A stretch of DNA of 64,000 nt from an uncultured Rhodothermaceae bacterium (GTDB taxonomy: Bacteria; Bacteroidota; Rhodothermia; Rhodothermales; Bin80). This document shows, one piece after another, positions 45,569 to 58,471 of this stretch. A program made the position numbers and the translations under genes. Every line of letters begins with the position of its first letter. The stretch's first letter is position 1. The stretch lies in the NCBI GenBank assembly GCA_964639665.1, contig CAZXEU010000045.1:2367-66366 (forward strand), in the 5' to 3' direction. The notes beneath the pieces are model-generated. The model made no database searches, was not told the DNA's origin, and was given only the letters and a program-made list of their open reading frames with translations.

Positions 45569-48495
45569 GTCCGCAGAGCATCGCTCAGGATTTGCGCCGG
45601 ATGCTTTGCCTGCCGGGCTGTGCCGTGTGCTATCTGATGCCGGCAGCTTGTGCCCGCGGCGGCAATAAGTGTATCGCTGCCCGCCTCTCGAACGGCCGGC
45701 AGAAGCCGCCGCTCCGCCATCTTGATCGACAGCTCGTAGTGCTCGCGCTCGTAGCCAAACGAGCCGGCCATGCCGCAGCAGCCGGAATCGACCTCGTGCA
45801 CGGTATAGTTAGACGGCACCGAGAGCGCACGGTGGCTGGGCGCCAGGCCAACGAGCGCCTTCTGATGGCAATGGCCGTGCAGCAGCACCTGCGCTCGGTC
45901 CTCCGTAAACAGATCGGTGAGGCCTTCTTCTTCGTCGGTGCGCGCGATGAATTCTTCGAAGAGCTCGGCATGCCGGGCCACCAGGGCGGCCTTCTCGTCA
46001 CCGGGCAGAAGGTAGAGGTATTCGTCCCTCAGCGAGAGAATACAGCTGGGCTCCAGACCCACAATGGGAATGCCGGCCTCCGCATAGGGAGCCAGGCAGT
46101 CCACCGTGCTCCGCGCCGCAGCGCGCGCCTGGCGCACCAATCCCTTGGAAATCATGGGCCGGCCGCAGCAGCGGTGCCCGGGAAGCACAACTTCGAACCC
46201 CGCCGCCTGGAGCACGTGAACAGCGCTTTGGGCGACCTCCGGCTCGTTGTAAGTATTGAACGTGTCGTGAAATAGCACCACCTTGCGCCGGCTCTCCTGG
46301 CGCCTGCGCCGAAACCAGGCAGTAAAGGGCTCAGCGGCAAAGGCCGGCAGAGCCCGATGGCGGCTAATACCCAGGGTCTTTTCCATAAGGGCCCGTACCA
46401 TGCCGTTACCGAGAATGCCATTGATGGCCGCGGCCCAGGGCCCCGAACCAAGACGGCTGGCGGTGGCAATGTTGCCGAACAGGCGCGCGCGCAGCGGCAC
46501 ACCGTTGGCCTCGTGATACTGGGCCAGGAATTCGAGCTTGATCTTGGCCATGTCCACCGAAGAGGGACACTCCGCCTTGCACGCCTTGCATTCGATGCAC
46601 AGGTCCATGACCTCGTACATCCGCTTGCTGGTCAATTCTGCATGCGGCAGCTTGCCGGAGATCGCAGCGCGCAAGGCATTGGCGCGTCCACGCGTGGAAT
46701 GCTCCTCCTCCCGGGTAGCCATAAAGCTGGGACACATGGTGCCTGCCGTAAGCTTGCGGCAAATGCCGGCGCCATTGCACATCTCCACTGCACGGTCAAA
46801 CCCCTGGTCTTCGCTGAAATCCACGTGCAGTGGTAGGTCGATGACGCCATAATCCGGCCCGTAACGGAGGTTTTCGCCAACGTGAGGCGCGTCGACCACG
46901 TTGCCCGGATTTAGAATGTTGTCGGGGTCAAACGTCCGCTTGACGTGCTGGTACAGCCCGTACAGGTCGCTGCCGAAGAACCGCTCGTTGATCCAGCTCC
47001 GGGCGCGTCCGTCTCCGTGCTCACTGGAGAGGGCACCCCCGTATCCGTGCAGCAGGCCAACGGTAAACTCCATGATCTCCGGAATCTTGGCGATTTCTGC
47101 CGCAGACTTGGTATTGACCAGTGGCCGAATGTGCACGCAACCGGCGCTGGCGTGCGCATAGTAGGCAACCCGCGTGTCCAGACCCCGGCAGAATTCGTCG
47201 ATCCGGGCGACATAGTCTGCGAGGTGCTCGGTGGGCACGGCCGCATCCTCGATAAAGGGGATGGGCTTGTGATCACCCTTTATGCTCATAAGCAGACCCA
47301 GGCCGACCTTCCGCACCGTCCAGACATCCCGCTGTCGGGACGGCTCAAGCACCGGCACCACGTGACCTGTGTGGTGCGACTGCAAGTGCCCTGCCAGTTG
47401 CTCCACCTTCGCTCTCAATTCATCGGCAGATTCGCCGTAGAATTCCGTAATGAGTATACAGTCGGGCTCTCCTTCCACGAAGGTGCGAAGCAGCCGCGCG
47501 TACTTGGGCACTTCGCGGCAAAGGCGAATGCCCAGATTGTCGAGCAGCTCTACGGCGGAAGGCCCGACTTCCAGGATGAAGGGTACGGCAGACAGTGCCT
47601 CGGAAAGGCTGCCGAAATGGACTATGCCCAAACCCTTGTGCGCGGGAACGGGGACAAGACCCAGCGTAACGTCCTCGATGACCGCGAGCGTGCCCTCCGC
47701 TCCGCAGACAAGCCGGGCAAGGTTGAATCTCGGGTCCTGCGCAACCTTGAAGGAGACACCTTCGCCGACGAACCGGTCCAGGTTGTAGCCGCCGCACCGC
47801 CGCCAGTGCCGCGGCGTGCCCTTCCGGATGATTTCGCGATGCTCTTCGCTGCGGGCAAGAGCGGCAACGGCGCGGTATATCTCACCTTCCCGGCCACTTC
47901 GCGTGCAATGGCTCTCCACCGCAGCATCCTCCACCGCGCCGAACCGGACCCTCGACCCGTCGCTCAGGATAACGTTCATGGCCAGCACGTGATCTGCCGT
48001 CATGCCATAGCAAATCGAATGGCTCCCGGTCGAATTGTTGGACACAATCCCGCCCATGGCCGCCCGGTTGCTGCTTGCCGGATCGGGCCCGAACTGCAAT
48101 CCCAGGGGCTGCAGGTGGAGATTCAGCTGGTCCAGTACCATTCCCGGCTGCACGCGAACCCATCGCTCTGCCGCGTTGACTTCCAGCATCCCGTTCAGAT
48201 GGCGTGTAAAGTCCATCACCAGGGACTCGCCAACAGCCTGACCGGCCAGGCTGCTGCCTCCCGCGCGGGGAAGCAGCGTGATGCCGTATTGGGCGGCAAG
48301 GCTTACGGCCGCATGAACATCCTCGCAGGTTGCGGGCATCAGCACGCCGTGGGGCATTGCCTGGAATATGCTCGCATCCGTGCTGTACAGCACGCGGCTG
48401 TACGCGTCTGTGCGCACGTCGCCGTGCGTTCGTCTGCGCAGGGCTGCCAGAAAGTCTGGCAGCGCACGGGCATTTCTTTCCGAATTCAGGCTCAC
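45565..48495 (-). CDS. FAD-binding oxidase fused to an Fe-S/CCG domain (GlcD/GlcF-like, D-2-hydroxyacid dehydrogenase-type fusion)
   Basis: The track ORF runs to 48660 but overlaps the upstream gene. GTG at 48495 gives VSLNSERNARALPDFLAALRRRTHGDVRTDAYSRVLYSTDASIFQ, a family-typical N-terminus. FAD-binding PCMH content: RAGGSSLAGQAVG. There are two 4Fe-4S-type Cys clusters (CNGAGICRK..., CIECKACKAECPS) and C-terminal CCG motifs (CCGRP, CCGMAG). Confidence 0.85.
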   Translation of the reverse strand: MSLNSERNARALPDFLAALRRRTHGDVRTDAYSRVLYSTDASIFQAMPHGVLMPATCEDVHAAVSLAAQYGITLLPRAGGSSLAGQAVGESLVMDFTRHLNGMLEVNAAERWVRVQPGMVLDQLNLHLQPLGLQFGPDPASSNRAAMGGIVSNNSTGSHSICYGMTADHVLAMNVILSDGSRVRFGAVEDAAVESHCTRSGREGEIYRAVAALARSEEHREIIRKGTPRHWRRCGGYNLDRFVGEGVSFKVAQDPRFNLARLVCGAEGTLAVIEDVTLGLVPVPAHKGLGIVHFGSLSEALSAVPFILEVGPSAVELLDNLGIRLCREVPKYARLLRTFVEGEPDCILITEFYGESADELRAKVEQLAGHLQSHHTGHVVPVLEPSRQRDVWTVRKVGLGLLMSIKGDHKPIPFIEDAAVPTEHLADYVARIDEFCRGLDTRVAYYAHASAGCVHIRPLVNTKSAAEIAKIPEIMEFTVGLLHGYGGALSSEHGDGRARSWINERFFGSDLYGLYQHVKRTFDPDNILNPGNVVDAPHVGENLRYGPDYGVIDLPLHVDFSEDQGFDRAVEMCNGAGICRKLTAGTMCPSFMATREEEHSTRGRANALRAAISGKLPHAELTSKRMYEVMDLCIECKACKAECPSSVDMAKIKLEFLAQYHEANGVPLRARLFGNIATASRLGSGPWAAAINGILGNGMVRALMEKTLGISRHRALPAFAAEPFTAWFRRRRQESRRKVVLFHDTFNTYNEPEVAQSAVHVLQAAGFEVVLPGHRCCGRPMISKGLVRQARAAARSTVDCLAPYAEAGIPIVGLEPSCILSLRDEYLYLLPGDEKAALVARHAELFEEFIARTDEEEGLTDLFTEDRAQVLLHGHCHQKALVGLAPSHRALSVPSNYTVHEVDSGCCGMAGSFGYEREHYELSIKMAERRLLPAVREAGSDTLIAAAGTSCRHQIAHGTARQAKHPAQILSDALRT

Positions 48496-48511
48496 GGGAC
48501 CGGTCTTGTGC

Positions 48512-49780
48512 TTATCCTGTGTAGACGATGCGCCAGATCCTGCCGCGCCGGGAATCAGACACGTACAGGGAGCCATCAGGCCCCGTCGCCAGGCCCGTGG
48601 GGCGGGCTTCGGCCAGGCTGGAGGTGGCGACGGTTTCCAGGCCGGCAAATCCGTCCGCAAACACTTCGAATGTGCCGGTCACCTGTTCGCCCTGCATGGG
48701 CAGAAACACGACATTGTAGCCGCGCTGCTCAGCATCCCGGTTCCAGGATCCGTGAAAGGCCACAAATGCCCCGCCGTGGTAGCGCTCCGGGAAGTGACCC
48801 TCGCCGTAGAACAGCAGATCGTTCGGTGCCCAGTGCGCCGGAAACGCATAAACCGGATCCTGCGCATCGGCGCAGCGTCCGGTTGCCTGCCCGTCCCCGC
48901 CGTATTCCGGACTGAGCACCTTCTTGCCCGTCTGGCCGTCAAAATAGCAGTACGGCCAGCCGAAATCCGCGCCGTCGCTCAAGACTAGCAGCTCCTCCGC
49001 CGGCAGCTCGTCGTTCTGTGCCGCATTAAACCTATCGGGCCAGAGACGGTGCAGGTCGTCCCTTCCGTGTTGGACCACGTATAGCCTGTCCACTTCCGCG
49101 TGCCAGGAAATGGCAACACTGTTGCGGATCCCGGTGGCGTACCGGTGGCCGTCGCCCATTCTGGTCTGGCCCGGCACGTCTGCCAGAAAGCGCCACACGC
49201 CCGCATAGTCGTCCAGAAGCGGACAGGGGTCCATACCTGCCGATCCCGGCGTCCTGCGCTCGGCCTGGCAGGCATTGGACGGGGCCCCGATGTTGACGTA
49301 GATGTTGCCCAAGCCGTCGAAATCAAACGGCTTTACCGCGTGGCTGGGCTGCGCCGGGAACCCGGAAACCATCGCTTCGGGCGAAGACCGGGGCACCAGT
49401 TCATCCGCAGCCAGGGCGTAGCGCACTATGGACGTGTCCGAGGCAAAATAGAGATGGCCGCCCCGCAGCCCTATGCCTGTGCCCCCCACATCTCCAAAGT
49501 AGGAAACCACATCCGATCTGCCATCACCTGTCGTGTCCCTCAGCGCCGCAATGGCACCGGAATCTGTTGCCTGCCGCAGCGCTACGTATACATCCCCATT
49601 GTCGCGCACGGCTAGGTGGCGCGCGCGACCCAGGGAATCTGCAACCACGACAGCGCAAAAGCCTTCGGGCAGCACGAGGCCGTCATTGTCGGCCGCGCAC
49701 GCGAAAACCGGCGACTCGCCCGGAGACCGGCAGCCCGCAAGCACCATGAGAATACCTGCGCAAGAGAAAATGGTCTTCAT
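48512..49780 (-). CDS. PQQ-dependent sugar (sorbosone/glucose) dehydrogenase-like beta-propeller, lipoprotein
   Basis: MKTIFSCAGILMVLAGCRSP has a lipobox. ...HRYATGIRNSV..., FGWPYCYFD and ...LYVSDSRRGRIWRIVY are typical of the soluble sugar dehydrogenase family. Confidence 0.82.
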   Translation of the reverse strand: MKTIFSCAGILMVLAGCRSPGESPVFACAADNDGLVLPEGFCAVVVADSLGRARHLAVRDNGDVYVALRQATDSGAIAALRDTTGDGRSDVVSYFGDVGGTGIGLRGGHLYFASDTSIVRYALAADELVPRSSPEAMVSGFPAQPSHAVKPFDFDGLGNIYVNIGAPSNACQAERRTPGSAGMDPCPLLDDYAGVWRFLADVPGQTRMGDGHRYATGIRNSVAISWHAEVDRLYVVQHGRDDLHRLWPDRFNAAQNDELPAEELLVLSDGADFGWPYCYFDGQTGKKVLSPEYGGDGQATGRCADAQDPVYAFPAHWAPNDLLFYGEGHFPERYHGGAFVAFHGSWNRDAEQRGYNVVFLPMQGEQVTGTFEVFADGFAGLETVATSSLAEARPTGLATGPDGSLYVSDSRRGRIWRIVYTG

Positions 49781-49804
49781 ATTCGAATCGGTATCGGGTT
49801 TCTG

Positions 49805-51544
49805 TTACGAATGGCCGCCTTCGAACAGGTCCGGAGTCCTGGCAGGGGGCGCATTGCCAAAATGTCTGTAAGCCCGGGGAGTGGCGACGCGGCCGCGGGG
49901 TGTTCGCATGAGGTAACCCTCTTGTATCAAGTACGGTTCGTACACTTCCTCTATCGTACCGGCATCCTCGCCGACCGAAACGGCAAGATTGGTCAGGCCG
50001 GCGGGTCCTCCGCCGAATTTCTCGATGAGCGTGGTGAGGATGCGGGCGTCCATGTCGTCGAGACCTTCCTCGTCGACCTCGAGAGCCGTCAGTGCGTGGT
50101 CGGCAACGGCACGGGTGATGCGGCCCGAGCCCTTCACCTCTGCGAAGTCCCGGGCGCGGCGCAGCAGCCGGTTGGCAATCCGCGGCGTACCCCGGCTTCG
50201 GCGGGCAACTTCCACGGCGCCGTCGGCGTCGATGTCTATGTCCAGAATGCCTGCGCTGCGCTCAACGATCCGTGTAAGCAGGTCTGCGCTGTAGTAGTCA
50301 TACCGGAAGTCAATGCCAAAGCGGGCACGCAGGGGAGCCGTCAGCAGCCCCTTCCGGGTCGTGGCGCCGACTAGGGTAAACGGAGGAAGGGTAATTTTAA
50401 CGCTGCGCGCATTGGGTCCCGAATCGATCACAATATCGATATAGTAGTCCTCCATCGCCGAATACAGGTATTCTTCCACTACGGGCCCGAGCCTGTGAAT
50501 CTCGTCGACGAAAAGAACGTCTCCCTCGTTCAGGTTTGTCAGGATCCCCGCGATGGACGCCGGCTTGTCGAGCACGGGCCCGCTGGATGTGACAATGCTC
50601 GCCCCCATTTCCTCGGCAATAATGTAGCCGAGGGTCGTGTTGTGGTTGAATAGCCCGTTGGCCACAAATGAATGGGTGCCGGGCACCACAAAGTCGTACG
50701 TCTCCGCTCCCGATTCCGTGACGGCTTCCACTCTGTCCAGGGCCAGCATGTCATGGGACACGGCCGGCAGCGCCCGGCAGGCCGCTCCAGGGCCCCCGGT
50801 CTCTCCCGAGCTGACAACGGCGGTCAGCAAGGCTGCGTGCGGCGCAGCAACGTTGGGCAGTTCATTCGGCTTTGCCCGGCCCGGCGGGTGTACGCGCTGC
50901 GCCGCTTCGGCGTGCCGTTCCATGGTGCCTAGGCCGGCTACCTGACGCCCGTGCCAGGCTGCGCCGGCCTGCGAGAGCGCCGGCGCAGCATTGGCTGGAC
51001 GCGCGGCGACGCTCGGCACGGGCGGTTCCGGCGCATGGGCGCAGGCCACGTAGTCACCCTTTGCCAGAGCCGAGAGCCTCTTCCACACAAGTCCGTCCGG
51101 CGAAGCCGCGAGGACCGGGTGCCGGGGCGTACCCTCCAGCTCGAGCCCCGTCTCCGTTCGGATGCGAAGCGTCCGCCCGTAACCGCTGTAGTACACGTGC
51201 GACGTACGCTCCAGGCCATGAATGCCGTATACCAGGCGCTCGAACGGGCGCAATTCCCCCGGAGCCATATCGCGGGGGGCCAGCTCGGCCAGCGCGACGT
51301 ATCCGGCATCCGTCAGGATCAGGCTGTCCGCCGCTATGCATTTTCCAAGGCCGGGCGGTCCGGAGAGCAAGACGTGCTCGAGCGTCTCTCTCCGCTGCAA
51401 CGCGGCCGTTACGAATACGCTGAGATTGTCCTTTATCTTCTGCTGGCCGATAAATTCGGTTAGCGTGCGGGGCCGGAGCCGCCGTTCCAGGTCCGCCTCA
51501 TGGCTGTGCGCTTCAGGTGTAATCGCACTTGGTCGAAAGCTCAT
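49805..51544 (-). CDS. ruvB: Holliday junction branch migration ATPase RuvB, interrupted by a 234-aa mini-intein in the Walker A motif
   Basis: The N-extein ends ...[14 protein letters not shown] and the C-extein resumes [12 protein letters not shown]...[10 protein letters not shown]...TLVGATTR...[12 protein letters not shown]...[17 protein letters not shown]. The exteins total 345 aa, a normal RuvB length. The full ORF is 579 aa. Confidence 0.92.
   Translation of the reverse strand: MSFRPSAITPEAHSHEADLERRLRPRTLTEFIGQQKIKDNLSVFVTAALQRRETLEHVLLSGPPGLGKCIAADSLILTDAGYVALAELAPRDMAPGELRPFERLVYGIHGLERTSHVYYSGYGRTLRIRTETGLELEGTPRHPVLAASPDGLVWKRLSALAKGDYVACAHAPEPPVPSVAARPANAAPALSQAGAAWHGRQVAGLGTMERHAEAAQRVHPPGRAKPNELPNVAAPHAALLTAVVSSGETGGPGAACRALPAVSHDMLALDRVEAVTESGAETYDFVVPGTHSFVANGLFNHNTTLGYIIAEEMGASIVTSSGPVLDKPASIAGILTNLNEGDVLFVDEIHRLGPVVEEYLYSAMEDYYIDIVIDSGPNARSVKITLPPFTLVGATTRKGLLTAPLRARFGIDFRYDYYSADLLTRIVERSAGILDIDIDADGAVEVARRSRGTPRIANRLLRRARDFAEVKGSGRITRAVADHALTALEVDEEGLDDMDARILTTLIEKFGGGPAGLTNLAVSVGEDAGTIEEVYEPYLIQEGYLMRTPRGRVATPRAYRHFGNAPPARTPDLFEGGHS
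50639..51340 (-). mobile_element. Mini-intein inserted between Lys and Thr of the RuvB P-loop (GPPGLGK|C...HN|TT)
   Basis: Intein residues 69-302 of the ORF. Block A is [13 protein letters not shown] (Cys1). Block B is [13 protein letters not shown] (TxxH). Blocks F/G are [23 protein letters not shown] followed by +1 Thr. The central roughly 100 aa are Ala/Pro/Gly-rich, with no LAGLIDADG or HNH motif that I can see. Confidence 0.85.
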
Positions 51545-51636
51545 GGGCGCCGCCGCTGCGGTTCAGGTCTGAACAAACAAAGACTTGTCTGCTACGTTTC
51601 CGGTCAAGAGGTTATCCACTTGGCCGGAACGCGGAG

Positions 51637-53076
51637 ATGCTCAATCTCCAGCAACAACTGAGACTTCAGCAGAAGCTTTCTCCGCAGCAGATTCAGTATG
51701 TAAAACTGCTGCAACTACCTGTACTTGGGCTGGAGCAGCGCGTAGAGGCGGAACTGGAGGCAAACCCGCTCCTCGAGCCGGAAATTCAGGCAGAGCCCCT
51801 GCAAAATGGCGGAGCCGAAGAAGCATCCGAGACCGATGAAGAATACAACTGGGAGGAGCTTCTGGATGTCGGTGATGACCTTCATGGACACAAGGCCCGC
51901 GTGGATCGATCTGAAGCTGAAGCCGAGCGTCCGGCGTTGCCGGCTCTGGTCAGCCTGGCCGAGCATCTGCGAAGCCAGTGGGCGCTGCTCGACCTGACGG
52001 AGCTCGAGACGCTGATCGCGGAACAGATCATTGGCTCCATCGACGAGGACGGTTATCTCCGCAGGCCGCTCGCCTCAATCATGGATGACATCATATTCAA
52101 TCACGGCGAGGATCTGGATGAAGCGGATGTCGAGCGGGTTCTGAAACAGCTTCAGCGCCTGGATCCGGCTGGCATAGCTGCCCGAAACCTCCGCGAATGC
52201 CTAATGGTGCAGGTAGACATGCTGCCCGAAACTGCCCCGGGACGGCAGATAGCCAGGAAGATTCTAGAACAGGCGTTCGATGACTTTGCGATGCGCCGCT
52301 TCGCGCGTGTTCAGCCCCGCATTGGTGCCGACGCAGCGGAAATGAAGACCGCCGTGGATCTCATCCAGAGCCTCAATCCCAAACCGGGAGAAGGGAGCTT
52401 CACGGCCCAGGAAAACTACATCATTCCCGATTTCATCGTGCGCTTCGACGGGGACGGATTCGACATTGAATTGAGTAGCGGCAATCGGCCTGCGCTGCGC
52501 ATCTCTTCCCAGTACCGTAAGATGCTGGAGGAATTGACAGGCCAGCCAAAGAGCGGGCGAAGCCGCGCCGAAGAGCGCACGCGTCAGTTTCTCAAGGCCA
52601 AGTTCACGGCCGCGCGCTGGTTCATAGATTCTATCAATCAGCGACGCCGCACCCTGTTTGCCGTCATGGAGACCCTGGTCGACATGCAGCGGGATTTTTT
52701 CAGATACGGCGAGGGCCGCCTCCGGCCCCTGATTCTCAAGGACGTAGCGGAACGCATCAATCTTGACATTTCCACCGTAAGCCGCGTTGTGAACGGGAAA
52801 TACGTGCAGTGCGATTTCGGGGTCTATGAGCTGAAGTACTTCTTCTCCGAAGGGCTAGAGACGTCAGACGGCAAGTATGTCTCCAGTCGGGAAGTAAAGG
52901 CGACTATCGAGAATATCATCCGCTCTGAAGACAAGGCGCGTCCGCTGTCAGATCAGAAGATCGCTCAGGAGCTCCAGGATCGCGGCTTTCGCATTGCGCG
53001 CCGGACAGTTACCAAGTACAGGGAACAACTCAATATTCCCGTAGGGCGAATGCGCAGGGAATTTGTGCCCGAGTAG
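51637..53076 (+). CDS. rpoN: RNA polymerase sigma-54 factor
   Basis: ORF trimmed to ATG at 51637 (MLNLQQQLRLQQKLSPQQIQYVKLLQLP, glutamine-rich region I). The C-terminal HTH is followed by the RpoN box ARRTVTKYRE. Confidence 0.93.
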   Translation: MLNLQQQLRLQQKLSPQQIQYVKLLQLPVLGLEQRVEAELEANPLLEPEIQAEPLQNGGAEEASETDEEYNWEELLDVGDDLHGHKARVDRSEAEAERPALPALVSLAEHLRSQWALLDLTELETLIAEQIIGSIDEDGYLRRPLASIMDDIIFNHGEDLDEADVERVLKQLQRLDPAGIAARNLRECLMVQVDMLPETAPGRQIARKILEQAFDDFAMRRFARVQPRIGADAAEMKTAVDLIQSLNPKPGEGSFTAQENYIIPDFIVRFDGDGFDIELSSGNRPALRISSQYRKMLEELTGQPKSGRSRAEERTRQFLKAKFTAARWFIDSINQRRRTLFAVMETLVDMQRDFFRYGEGRLRPLILKDVAERINLDISTVSRVVNGKYVQCDFGVYELKYFFSEGLETSDGKYVSSREVKATIENIIRSEDKARPLSDQKIAQELQDRGFRIARRTVTKYREQLNIPVGRMRREFVPE

Positions 53077-53083
53077 AGACGAC

Positions 53084-54610
53084 ATGGATCAGATTAATGC
53101 TACACGTCTTCAACGCACCGCAGAAGACGCCACGGACGAGCGCTCCCTGGAGGAATACTTTGCCCCGTTCCGCTCCGGAATTATCGGGCACGACCAGTAC
53201 TTCCCGACGCCGTACGGGCAAAGGCGCATATTGTACGCGGACTGGACCGCAAGCGGGCGTCTCTACCGGCCCATCGAAGAGTGCCTGCAGCGACGATTTG
53301 GACCCTACGTAGGCAACACCCACACGGAAACAAGTGTAACGGGCACGTCGATGACGCACGCGTACCACTATGCGCGGCAGCGTATCCGCCGGCATGTCAA
53401 CGCCGGGCCCGGTGACGTACTCATCACGGCGAGCTCGGGCATGACCCGACTCGTGGCCAAGTTTCAGCGCATACTGGGAATGCGTATACCGGAGCGCGCC
53501 CCGCTTAAAGCAAGTCTGCCGGAAAATGAGCGACCTCTCGTGATCGTCTCGCACATGGAACATCACTCCAACCATACCTCCTGGCTGGAGACCATAGCGG
53601 ACGTAGAGTGGTTGGAGCCGGATGGCGACGGCCTGGTCTGCCCGGATCGGCTGGATGCCGCGCTTGCACGACACGGCAAGCGCAAGATCAAAATCGGTGC
53701 CTTTACCGCGTGCTCCAACGTTACCGGTATCCAGTCGCCTTTCCACGCTCTCGCTGGCGTCATGCACAGACACGGCGGGTGGTGTTTCGTGGATTTTGCG
53801 GCATCCGGTCCATATGTGCCCATTGACATGCACCCGGAGAATCCTGAGGAGCGGCTCGATGCCATCTTTTTCTCGCCACACAAGTTCCTCGGAGGTCCGG
53901 GTTCCGCGGCAGTCCTCGTCTTCAACTCTGACCTCTACAATAACCGAGTGCCGGACGTGTGCGGTGGCGGGACGGTCGAGTGGACCAATCCCTGGGGCGA
54001 GCACAGCTACTTCAGCGACATAGAGATGCGTGAAGACGGCGGAACGCCCGCATTCCTGCAGACCATAAAGACCGCGCTCGCCATCGGACTAAAGGAAGAG
54101 ATGGGTCCGGACCAAATGCTCTTACGCGAGCATGAGCACGTACAGCGCGCATTGCAAAAGCTGCAGGAGATTCCGAGACTGAGAGTGCTCGCCGGAAACG
54201 TGGTCCGTCGACTTGGCATTATCTCATTTAGCGTTGACGACATCCATTTCAATCTGATGGTGCGCCTTCTCAATGATCGCTTCGGAATTCAGGTGCGCGG
54301 AGGATGCTCGTGCGCCGGGACTTACGGCCACTACCTGCTTAGCGTGAGCTATGCGCAGTCTCAAAGGATAACGGCCATGATCGATGAAGGCGATCTCTCC
54401 ACCAAACCAGGGTGGGTCCGCCTCTCCTTGCACCCCACCATGACCAATGACGAGGTGGATTTCGCCTGTGACGCTATCGATCAGATTGTAGCCAATAGAG
54501 ACGCGTGGCAGAAGGAGTACTGCTACGACAGCAAGTCCAATGAGTGGATTCATCCGCGCCACACCAGCATGCCCGTGTCATCCTGGTTCGACCTGTCGGC
54601 GCGGCGGTGA
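53084..54610 (+). CDS. Aminotransferase class V-fold PLP-dependent enzyme (cysteine desulfurase/selenocysteine lyase-like)
   Basis: ORF trimmed to ATG at 53084. ...VIVSHMEHHSN..., AFTACSNVTG, DFAASGPY and FFSPHKFLGGPG (the PLP-Lys region) fit the family. Confidence 0.82.
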   Translation: MDQINATRLQRTAEDATDERSLEEYFAPFRSGIIGHDQYFPTPYGQRRILYADWTASGRLYRPIEECLQRRFGPYVGNTHTETSVTGTSMTHAYHYARQRIRRHVNAGPGDVLITASSGMTRLVAKFQRILGMRIPERAPLKASLPENERPLVIVSHMEHHSNHTSWLETIADVEWLEPDGDGLVCPDRLDAALARHGKRKIKIGAFTACSNVTGIQSPFHALAGVMHRHGGWCFVDFAASGPYVPIDMHPENPEERLDAIFFSPHKFLGGPGSAAVLVFNSDLYNNRVPDVCGGGTVEWTNPWGEHSYFSDIEMREDGGTPAFLQTIKTALAIGLKEEMGPDQMLLREHEHVQRALQKLQEIPRLRVLAGNVVRRLGIISFSVDDIHFNLMVRLLNDRFGIQVRGGCSCAGTYGHYLLSVSYAQSQRITAMIDEGDLSTKPGWVRLSLHPTMTNDEVDFACDAIDQIVANRDAWQKEYCYDSKSNEWIHPRHTSMPVSSWFDLSARR

Positions 54611-55246
54611 GTGACTACCAGCGAGGTATTTGCGGCAAATCGCAACCGGAGCGCGTGCAGACCTCGGACGGCTGGTAGGCCAATGCCGCAGTCCGTGCTT
54701 GCAGCAAACTGCCTCAGGCACGATCAGGGACGCTTGATACTCGCGACCGGATGTTCCCCGGGCCGCGATACCGGCTTTGCGGCATAGCAATAGGTCCACT
54801 CGCCTCTAATCCACCCGGAGGCTTATTCCTATTCCACCATGCGACGACTTGTGCGACAAATCCGCACACAACAATACTCGCTGCTTACGGGTGCATCATG
54901 CCTCCCGCGCTGCCCGTTTTTGGGGCTGGGCCCATACCGGGGCCACCCGTCAGGGTTGACAGGAGCTGTCTGACGGGTCCGGCCCCGTCGCACGCTCAAC
55001 CGCGGTGTCATGGCCAGAAGACCTGGTCCGCTACAACTACCGGTCGTGCATCGAAATTGCCCGCGTCCGGCGCCCTACAACCCGTATCTGCCGGATGCAC
55101 AGCATTTTGGACACCGTGTCCTGGCACTCCGACACGTCAAGGCATCGGATTGCCGTGTATTAGGGACAAGAGCCACCCTACTTGTCACTTTGGTTCAATT
55201 TTTGCGGTAGACGATACTGAGTCCGTTAATTCAAACGCTTGGTGCC

Positions 55247-55495
55247 ATGCAAGGACAGAAATCCTCTGCGCCGCTTCGCACGCTGCTCGCGCGTTATCTG
55301 GCCGGCGAAATCGAAGAATCATTCTGGCAATCCATCATGTCCGTTCTAGACTCCGGGAATCCGGGTACGCAAGAACGGAAGGCCCTGGTAGCCTTCCTGC
55401 AGGACGCCATGTCCGATCCTTACGTCTCGAAGCGTCCTCGCAGTGCCCGCGTCGTTCGCCAGGTGGCCCAGCCTGCCCTTGCGGCTATCTCCTGA
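55247..55495 (+). CDS. Hypothetical small protein (82 aa)
   Basis: This is the only ORF in the 54.6-56.2 kb gap with protein-like, helix-forming composition (LRTLLARYLAGEIEESFWQSIMSVLDSGNPGTQERKALVAFLQDAMSDPY). A candidate promoter lies upstream: TTGGTT at 55190-55195, a 17-bp spacer, then GATACT at 55213-55218. I do not recognise any family. Confidence 0.4.
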   Translation: MQGQKSSAPLRTLLARYLAGEIEESFWQSIMSVLDSGNPGTQERKALVAFLQDAMSDPYVSKRPRSARVVRQVAQPALAAIS

Positions 55496-56173
55496 GCTGA
55501 GTCACAGCCTCAAGCCTTCGGCACCGGCACACGTCCGCCCTTTGATATTGCATGTGGCGGCTCCCTCGCGGACATTCACTCCGACCCCTGGCTAAACCCG
55601 GCACCCGGCCCGGCGCCATATTTGGCTGATGCAGCGCTAGGTAAGGCCTCCATCCGTGCGGGCTTTGCCGGGCACCGTGCGACAGCCTGGCCCCGTTAGC
55701 ATGCGTGGCTGTCCGCAGGGGCATCATTGAGTGGCGAGGTGGAGTGCCGCCCCGATGCACGGCTGCCAGCTACGACTTAGCGAACGCGGCCCATCCGCGA
55801 GCCTGAGTTACGCCCGCGCCGCACTTAGCCAATCCTCGGGAGTCGCAGATACCCGCCGTGGGGTCCGCACAAGCCCCGCTAGCGGATCCGGGCCCAGTCC
55901 CGTTGCTACCGTCACTGCGACGGACTGCGGGCATAGCGGTGCCCGTCCGCGCGCGAAGTCGCGGATCTTCAACGGCCGGCGCAAATGCGAAGACCTCCTG
56001 CGGGTGCCTGTGCGTGGCACCTCTCCGAAAGGTGCGCGGCCATGTTAAGCGAAGACTGGACGTGACGCTGCGGCCTGTATGCGCCCGTCACTACTGATCG
56101 CCGAAACCTGCCCGGTGACTGCAGGGTTTCCGGCTGCCAGGTATCCTGAAATGGCAACAGTAAACCAACCTGA

Positions 56174-58366
<2,193 letters not shown>

Positions 58367-58471
58367 CACGCGAGGGCTGGGCCGTGACATCCCGTCACTG
58401 CGCCATTTATGGCTTGGCTTCCGCGCCAGCCACGTTGCGCACCTGTGAAACGGTGCGAATTGGAGGCACGT

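Noticed and set aside
46945-48915. 656-aa plus-strand ORF across the FAD/Fe-S oxidase and sugar dehydrogenase genes
   Set aside because: It spans two well-supported minus-strand genes and their junction, and its composition is non-protein-like. It is a high-GC shadow ORF. The same reasoning applies to 45592..46275, 56507..57985 (antisense to katG), 60762..62531 (antisense to the M1 peptidase) and 53030..54004.
54751-55500. 249-aa plus-strand ORF in the aminotransferase-katG gap
   Set aside because: The translation is Pro/Gly/Cys/Arg-rich with no secondary-structure-like periodicity, and it reads through the strong hairpin. Only the 82-aa ORF in a different frame (55247..55495) looks protein-like.
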